A stretch of 32,000 nucleotides of DNA from Edaphobacter aggregans. GTDB taxonomy: Bacteria; Acidobacteriota; Terriglobia; Terriglobales; Acidobacteriaceae. Where the stretch lies: assembly GCF_003945235.1 (NCBI RefSeq), contig NZ_RSDW01000001.1:5550001-5582000 (forward strand), read 5' to 3'. Below, piece by piece: positions 27,455-32,000 of the stretch (within the stretch, counting starts at the first letter, position 1; the number at the start of each line of letters is the position of its first letter). The translations under genes were made by a program, and so were the position numbers. Under the pieces are notes generated by a model. That model searched no databases. It saw only the letters and a program-made list of their open reading frames with translations, and had not been told where the DNA came from.

Positions 27455-27946
27455 ATGAGCGTTGAGACTATGCAGGAGCTGTTGATCGATGAACTGAAAG
27501 ACCTATATTCCGCAGAAAACAAATCGTCCGAGCCCTACCCAAAATCGCAAAAGCTGCATCATCACCAGAGCTGCAGGAGGCACTCCTCGGCCATCTCTAA
27601 GAGACGAAGGACCAGGTAGTACGACTGGAGAAGATCGGTGATCGTCGGCAAGAAATTGACGGGCAAGACCTGCGTTGGGATGAAGGGTGTACTCGAAGAA
27701 GGATCGGAAGTGCTCGAGGACACTGACAAGGGAGTTGTTCGCGATGCAGCTCTTATATCCGCCTGCCCACGTGTCGAGCATTATGAGATGGCGGGGTACG
27801 GTTCTGCACGGGAGTTCGCCAAACTTCTCGGGCAAACGGAAGTAGCGACGCTGCTTGACGAGACTCTCGACGAAGAAAAGAATGCCGATAAGAAGCTGAG
27901 TGCCATCTCGAAACAGGTCAATGCAGAAGCAAAGACACAAGGCTAA
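27455..27946 (+). pseudogene. DUF892 / YciE-YciF-like ferritin-fold stress protein, disrupted (two indels plus an in-frame TAA)
   Basis: Segment 1 (ATG 27455): [22 protein letters not shown]. Segment 2, in a different frame from 27523: [28 protein letters not shown](27598)-ETKDQVVRLEKIGDR. Segment 3, back in the first frame (ORF 27638-27946): GKKLTGKTCVGMKGVLEEGSEVLED...RVEHYEMAGYGSAREFAKLLG...LDETLDEEKNADKKL. Joined together, the three segments read as a typical about-160-aa DUF892 protein. Confidence 0.85.
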
Positions 27947-28143
27947 CGTAGCGACGACGGACAAGTCGTCTTCGATTCGTGGATCAGTGCAGCGTTCGAT
28001 CTGTTTACTCTTAGAACAAGTTCTAGTTGAATAGTACGGATGTAAGACGTGGATGAGTGCCGCTGGGCCTTAGATCGGGAGCTCAGCGGAGGGCAGATAA
28101 TCGCAAACCGTGTTAACGCCGTGAACCCAGAAGCCGCTGGCGA

Positions 28144-28311
28144 TCATCTGTTCTTTCGATTCTGTTTCATCACCGCTTCCCCCGCTTTCTTACCATCGCC
28201 CTTGATAATTCCCTCCGTCTCTTCGAGACGAGCTTTGGTCTTGGGGGTGGCGATACCTTTGGTGGAAGTCGGTCTCGTTTTACCGTTAAGATCGGCGTTT
28301 AGTGGCTTCAT
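28144..28311 (-). CDS. Small basic protein (55 aa), unknown family ('NGKT-P...GII' type, copy 1)
   Basis: This ORF is below the track's size cutoff. An ATG at 28311 is preceded by GGAGGTGA with 4-nt spacing. The product is MKPLNADLNGKTRPTSTKGIATPKTKARLEETEGIIKGDGKKAGEAVMKQNRKNR. It lies 41 nt downstream of the Cys-rich secreted protein gene on the same strand. Confidence 0.5.
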   Translation of the reverse strand: MKPLNADLNGKTRPTSTKGIATPKTKARLEETEGIIKGDGKKAGEAVMKQNRKNR

Positions 28312-28352
28312 ACTTCACCTCCGACGCGGGCTTATCTTGATTACGAAGCTAT

Positions 28353-28868
28353 TCAACGGCTATTTGCGAGGCATTTATCCTGTGCCACGACTGCATCCCG
28401 TAAACAAGTATCGGGAACATAGGGTTGCCCGGGCGATGGTGGAGGCAGCTTGCGCGACTGACACGCCTGTTGTTGCTGATTGAAAATAGTGGCGCAGACG
28501 GAGGGATCAGTTTTGCTCGGTTGATTGGCAGTACTCGTCGATCCGCTGCGGTCTTCACGACGATTATTAGAGCCCTTGTAGCATATTTTATATATGGACT
28601 TGGCTTTGTCTCGGCAGGTCCTGCCTTCGTTGGATGATGGACATACCTTTAAGAGGTTTTCCTGAATCTTATTACAGTAATCCTTGTCTCCCTTTGGGGA
28701 TACACTCTCATCAGTAGCAGATCCCTTTACAGCAGCGGGATCGATGCATTTGAACTGGCTGGTACCGGCGTCCCACGATGGGTTCAGTCCAGGCTTTGTA
28801 CACTGCCCCGAGGCACCCACAGAAACCGCAGTCAATGCGAATAGCGCAACTTGAATATGGACTTTCAT
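28353..28868 (-). CDS. Secreted cysteine-rich protein, unknown function
   Basis: 171-aa ORF with a strong SD (AAGGAGG) upstream and a signal peptide MKVHIQVALFALTAVSVGASG. The mature part has about 10 Cys. I recognise no family. Confidence 0.78.
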   Translation of the reverse strand: MKVHIQVALFALTAVSVGASGQCTKPGLNPSWDAGTSQFKCIDPAAVKGSATDESVSPKGDKDYCNKIQENLLKVCPSSNEGRTCRDKAKSIYKICYKGSNNRREDRSGSTSTANQPSKTDPSVCATIFNQQQQACQSRKLPPPSPGQPYVPDTCLRDAVVAQDKCLANSR

Positions 28869-29252
28869 CGGAAGCCTCCTTTTGAAAGCGCTTCTGTGAA
28901 TACAAGCCGAGGAGAGTAGAGTCTCACGACGACCTCTTTATATAGGATGCGTGCCACCGCGCTCGGAGTGGTCAGCGGGCCCGGCCACTCCGCGACATCC
29001 AGTCACGTGGATGTCAGCGACACGTTAAAACTGTTGCTGACGCCGGTCAAGGCCCATGAGCAGCACCATGGCGAAGGCAGCATCCGAGACCAATTCTCAG
29101 ATTGAGGTTTCCTCACCGTCGTACCTGACATCCGCACGGTGAAAGCGTTTTTTGATAACTGAGTCCGGGCGAATCACATTGAAGGCGAGCGCATCACTCA
29201 TGAGAACAACGCGACTTGGTTCGTGAGCATCCAAACGCTGCAGGAGTTCTCA

Positions 29253-29543
29253 ATGAAAAAGCTGCACATTGTTTTGGCTCTCGCAATCCTCCCCACAAGC
29301 CTTATGGGCGGCAGCGCCCTTGCGCAGGACCATCACGACAATCGCACATACGTCGAGCATAAGGAATGGAAGAAAGGTGCTCCTGTCAGACATGAAGACT
29401 GGGACCGCGGCGATAAAGTTGATTATCACCAAAATCATCTCGCCGCCCCGCCACGGGGTTACGAATGGCGTATGGTGGATGGCTACTACGTTCTCGCCAA
29501 CAGCTCGTCATTCCAGATTCGCACCGTCGTTCGCATACAGTAG
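29253..29543 (+). CDS. RcnB/YohN-like periplasmic protein (Ni/Co-homeostasis-associated family)
   Basis: The start is set at ATG 29253, with AGGAG 6 nt upstream. A signal peptide MKKLHIVLALAILPTSLMGGSALA is followed by a His/Asp-rich segment. The family-typical C-terminus reads L.APPRGYEWRMVDGYYVLANSSSFQIRTVV. Confidence 0.75.
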   Translation: MKKLHIVLALAILPTSLMGGSALAQDHHDNRTYVEHKEWKKGAPVRHEDWDRGDKVDYHQNHLAAPPRGYEWRMVDGYYVLANSSSFQIRTVVRIQ

Positions 29544-29563
29544 CGCACTCTCTCACATTCATT

Positions 29564-29603
29564 GAGCCGCCGGATAAATCTGAGCCGGCGGCTCGGGGTT
29601 TTT
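29564..29603 (+). terminator. Rho-independent terminator of the RcnB-like gene
   Basis: A perfect 10-bp stem pairs GAGCCGCCGG (29564-73) with CCGGCGGCTC (29585-94) across an 11-nt loop. It is followed by GGGG and TTTTT (29599-29603), 21 nt after the stop codon. Confidence 0.8.
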
Positions 29604-29744
29604 GCTTGTACTTTCGACGAGTTTTTGGAAGTGGGAGTTCTGGATCTAGAAATTCCAAACCCAGGATAGAGCAAGATCGGGAGCCAAGTGACTGGCAATC
29701 TAGCGCAAAGTAACGGAACGGGAGTTGCGTCCCGTGCACATAGA

Positions 29745-29902
29745 TTAAGCGCTGGTAGCCTCTCTGCGGCAGGACGGATCTTCACATTGGCAATGATTTC
29801 CGTCGTTCCTTTTGAGCCCTCACAATGAGGACTGCAAAAACTCTCGCCCCTCGGGGGAACGCAACCGCAAGCTGGATTTTCGCATTTCTTTGTATCGGCC
29901 AT
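29745..29902 (-). pseudogene. Small Cys-rich metallothionein-like protein, apparently frameshifted
   Basis: An ATG at 29902 is preceded by AGGAG 5 nt upstream. It reads MADTKKCENPACGCVPPRGESFCSPHCEGSKGTTE. The expected C-terminal Cys cluster HCQCEDPSCRREATSA followed by a stop (29745) lies in another frame from about 29795. The frame as written instead runs on for about 100 codons through the RcnB terminator and into the RcnB-like gene on the opposite strand. Confidence 0.5.
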
Positions 29903-30029
29903 TTGGTCTCCTGACAAATCATGATTTCGGCGCGCATGCCTTGAAAAAGACATACTTGGTCGTAATATGCAGCCGACTTAAATACACTGCATCTATTCCG
30001 ATTTTCAGTATGTCTCCCTAATTCACTTC

Positions 30030-30221
30030 TTATCGTGCCCGATGGAGGGATATTTTTTCATCGCCGCGGCGATAACCTTTGCTTTCTCCGCAGGAGTCCC
30101 AGACCTGAGCGTTCTTCGCGTGCGTTTCATTTTTAGATCGGATAATTCCGTTTATCAGGTTCTGCAAGGATTTGGTGGCCAGTGCCTTTCGTTCCGCGGG
30201 GGAAGTTTTGCCATTTGTCAC
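30030..30221 (-). CDS. Small basic protein (63 aa), 'NGKT-P...GII' type, copy 2
   Basis: GTG at 30221 overlaps the upstream stop codon (GTGA). The product (M)TNGKTSPAERKALATKSLQNLINGIIRSKNETHAKN... shares N-G-K-T-x-P-x3-K-x2-A-T...G-I-I-[KR] with the 55-aa ORF at 28144-28311. Confidence 0.45.
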   Translation of the reverse strand: MTNGKTSPAERKALATKSLQNLINGIIRSKNETHAKNAQVWDSCGESKGYRRGDEKISLHRAR

Positions 30222-30388
30222 CTTGGAGTACCAGCCTTGTACGCAGCTGCATATGCCGCGTCCTGAGCGGAGGTTTCCTGCTTGCTTTCAGCTGCCGGAT
30301 TGCGGTTCGGTGCAGAAGCGGTGGATTGAGCTGAAGCAGATCGCAGCAGCGAAGCCAGAAAGATGACCGTTATTATGAAGAGTTTCAT
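30218..30388 (-). CDS. Small secreted peptide/protein (56 aa precursor)
   Basis: The start is set at ATG 30388, with AGGTG 4 nt upstream. The signal peptide is MKLFIITVIFLASLLRSASAQ. The mature part is low-complexity and Ala/Ser/Gln-rich. Its stop overlaps the GTG of the next ORF by 4 nt. Confidence 0.5.
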   Translation of the reverse strand: MKLFIITVIFLASLLRSASAQSTASAPNRNPAAESKQETSAQDAAYAAAYKAGTPR

Positions 30389-30736
30389 ACAGCACCTGCT
30401 GCGGCATTTGATGCGCGCAGTAAGATTCGAGTAGCTCAATCTCCCAATTCAGCGATGGAAACGCCACCTATTTACCATAAGGCTCACAAACCGGGGATTT
30501 GGCCGCATTGTCCCTGCGCGCTCGCCCCCCGCCGCTTATCATCGCCACCTACCTTCGACTCTTGTGTAGTCGTCGGGCGCCTTTTCCGTTGTCGATGGCG
30601 ACTATGTGGCTCCGGCATATCAACGTTGTCACCCGCCAGAACCCCAGTTGGACTTTTGTTGCTCATAATCTGCCCGGTCTAGTGACTCTCACTGGCATGC
30701 TAGGCATAGCCGCACCGTTCATAATCCTAGGCTGGA

Positions 30737-31441
30737 CTAAACTTTGGCGGGTGCCTGAGGCACTGGCAAAGTAAGCCGGAAGGTGGTTCCGGTCCTGCCT
30801 GTGCGGGTTTCGCGTTGGTACGTAAGGGTCCCGTTGTGCTTTTCCGCGATGCTTTTTGACAACCATAGTCCCAACCCATTTCCGTGACTTTTCGTCGTTC
30901 GGTGCGCCTGAAATAGTACTTTCGCCATGGCAGGAGTTACACCGTGTCCATTGTCCGTTACCGACAGGTGAACTTTCCCTTTGTGCCTCCTCACCCTGAG
31001 GGAAAGCACACCGCCGGTTTCAGGAACCGCATCCAGAGCGTTAATTATCAGGTTTGAAATAACTTGCAATATTTCCCCCCCAAAAACGTGCCGCCACGGG
31101 ACCCTTGAGATCCTTACGAATCTCGATCTTCTGACGCTGCGCCCGCCTGAAGTGGATCATCAGCGCGGATTCTGCAATTGCCACCAAATCAAAATCCTTC
31201 GCTTCCGCCTGATCCCTGTAAAAGCTCAGAGTTGTGCGTGCAATATCGCTCAGTCGTGCAAGCTGAGACTCAGCGATTTCCATATTTTGTAGTACAGAGG
31301 ATACGTTGTGAGAAGCCTGCTTCGTGAGGTATACGAGGTTGGTTAGAGCTTCCAGTGGGTTATTATCTCGTGCATCACAGCCCCCGCGTAACGGCTGGAG
31401 ACCGCCAAACGTTCACTGCGCTGTAAAGCCTCTTTCGCCAT
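30737..31441 (-). pseudogene. Sensor-less histidine kinase (HisKA + HATPase_c) interrupted by two frameshifts
   Basis: Three frame segments concatenate to a kinase of about 234 aa. They are MAKEALQRSERLAVSSRYAGAVMHEI | NNPLEALTNLVYL...MEIAESQLARL...KDLKGPVAARF | GGEILQVISNLIINALDAV...DNGHGV...GNGLGLWLS. The breaks fall at about 31365 (inside the H-box HEINNPL) and at the T5G7 run on the coding strand (plus-strand C7 at 31075-81 and A5 at 31082-86). Confidence 0.85.
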
Positions 31442-31639
31442 TCTCAGACGCTCCAACAGTTGCTCGTTTGTTGTTTGCGATCTCGACAAAGTGTCCCAAA
31501 TTCATGACGCTAGATGATCTTTAACTTGCATAAGATTCAGGTCATTTGATGTGATATCGGCGCGGCAAGTTGGCCTTTAGTGGCGGCCAGGTACTGCTAT
31601 TGCCAAGTGGACGGGGTTTAGAATCGGCGCGCTAACCTT

Positions 31640-31981
31640 ATGTCACGCGCAGAACAAAACTCGCATCGTATTCTTGCATACGGTCACGACGTTGTCCTTT
31701 TAAAAACGCGTTGCATGGTATTGCAGCGTGCAGGTTTCGGCGTTGATGCAGCTGATAGCTTTGAGAAGTTTCAAGATTGCATAGCCCAGGCCAAGGCTCC
31801 ATATCGGCTCTTTCTCCTTGGGTACTCAATTCCAGATCCGGATCGAGTAAGAATAATAGCTTCAGTCGCAGACTCGACCACATTGATTTATCAGGTTCCT
31901 GAGTTGATCCCACCGTTGCAACTCGTCAACGATGTACGTGAGTTGCTACTGGGAGTCGACGAGGCTCCGAAACTATCTTGA
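31640..31981 (+). CDS. Receiver-like (CheY-fold) protein with degenerate phospho-acceptor pocket
   Basis: 113-aa ORF with the alternating beta/alpha pattern of a receiver domain: RILAYGHDVVLLKTRCMVLQRAGFGVDAADSFEKF...YRLFLLGYSIPD. The acidic pair is replaced by GH, and the phospho-accepting Asp position reads G (LLGYSIP). The assignment is tentative. Confidence 0.5.
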   Translation: MSRAEQNSHRILAYGHDVVLLKTRCMVLQRAGFGVDAADSFEKFQDCIAQAKAPYRLFLLGYSIPDPDRVRIIASVADSTTLIYQVPELIPPLQLVNDVRELLLGVDEAPKLS

Positions 31982-32000
31982 CTGCTGTGTGCAATGGACA

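Noticed and set aside
25100-29252. A shared ECF/general-stress-type promoter (GGAAC-N16-CGTT-like) upstream of the stress genes. I saw loosely similar GGTTCC / GTTTCG / GGTTTCC elements.
   Set aside because: The sequences and spacings are inconsistent, and I cannot evaluate significance without a motif-finding run. I mention it only as something to test.
29486-29953. 155-aa minus-strand ORF taken at face value.
   Set aside because: Its first 17 codons precede a much better SD+ATG at 29902. Its last roughly 100 codons run through a strong terminator hairpin and overlap the convergent RcnB-like gene. Only the N-terminal Cys-rich part looks like protein.
30030-30439. The interpretation of the 73-aa and 63-aa minus-strand ORFs as one secreted protein of about 120 aa split by a frameshift at about 30220.
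   Set aside because: The downstream ORF aligns from its very first residues with the independent 55-aa ORF at 28144-28311. The GTGA stop/start overlap is a standard coupling arrangement, so two genes is the more economical reading. The frameshift alternative is not fully excluded.
31442-31505. A longer N-terminus for the histidine kinase starting at ATG 31505 (MNLGHFVEIANNK...), which would require a third frameshift.
   Set aside because: An in-frame ATG at 31441 with GGAG 9 nt upstream already gives a plausible start just ahead of the DHp helix. The upstream peptide has no recognisable domain.

Overview
This 32-kb chromosomal window most likely comes from an Acidobacteriota (Terriglobia-type) genome. 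That placement is an inference from gene content: two MacB/FtsX-type 'ADOP' orphan permeases, a Ser/Thr kinase and a CadC-like winged-helix regulator that each carry a TolB-like beta-propeller, a TAT-exported GH95 enzyme, and GC-rich genes with long antisense shadow ORFs.

Left two thirds (1-24.8 kb): mostly long, intact housekeeping or accessory genes. In order they are a kinase, a VOC protein, a membrane hypothetical, an IS110 transposase fragment butted against a 5'-truncated ADOP permease, an intact ADOP permease, a GH95 enzyme, an outer-membrane barrel, a saccharopine-dehydrogenase-like reductase, a TAT alpha/beta-hydrolase, TetR, a secreted two-lobed aspartic protease, a CadC-like sensor, and a divergent GH13 pair (alpha-glucosidase and TreS-like).

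At 21.34-21.39 kb there is a decayed 3' fragment of tRNA-Asn(GUU) set in AT-rich, hairpin-rich DNA. It may be an integration or deletion scar.

Right quarter (25.1-32 kb): small genes from families known in model bacteria as general-stress or stationary-phase proteins (YghA/YdaD-type SDR, BON/OsmY-like, YflT-like glycine-zipper protein, DUF892/YciE-like). It also holds metal-related small proteins (RcnB-like, metallothionein-like), two copies of a 'secreted protein + small basic protein' module, a sensor-less histidine kinase and a degenerate receiver.

At least four genes in this 6-kb stretch (SDR, DUF892, metallothionein-like, kinase) can only be read by repairing frameshifts or a stop codon. 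No long gene on the left needs such repair. This is either real clustered gene decay or local assembly error.

I found no CRISPR array, rRNA, intact tRNA or recognisable defence system, and I cannot point to a convincing novel multi-gene system. The most unusual items are the clustered gene decay, the pseudo-tRNA scar, the repeated small-protein module and a dispersed intergenic repeat flanking the kinase gene. All product calls come from motif recognition by eye; no database search was possible.
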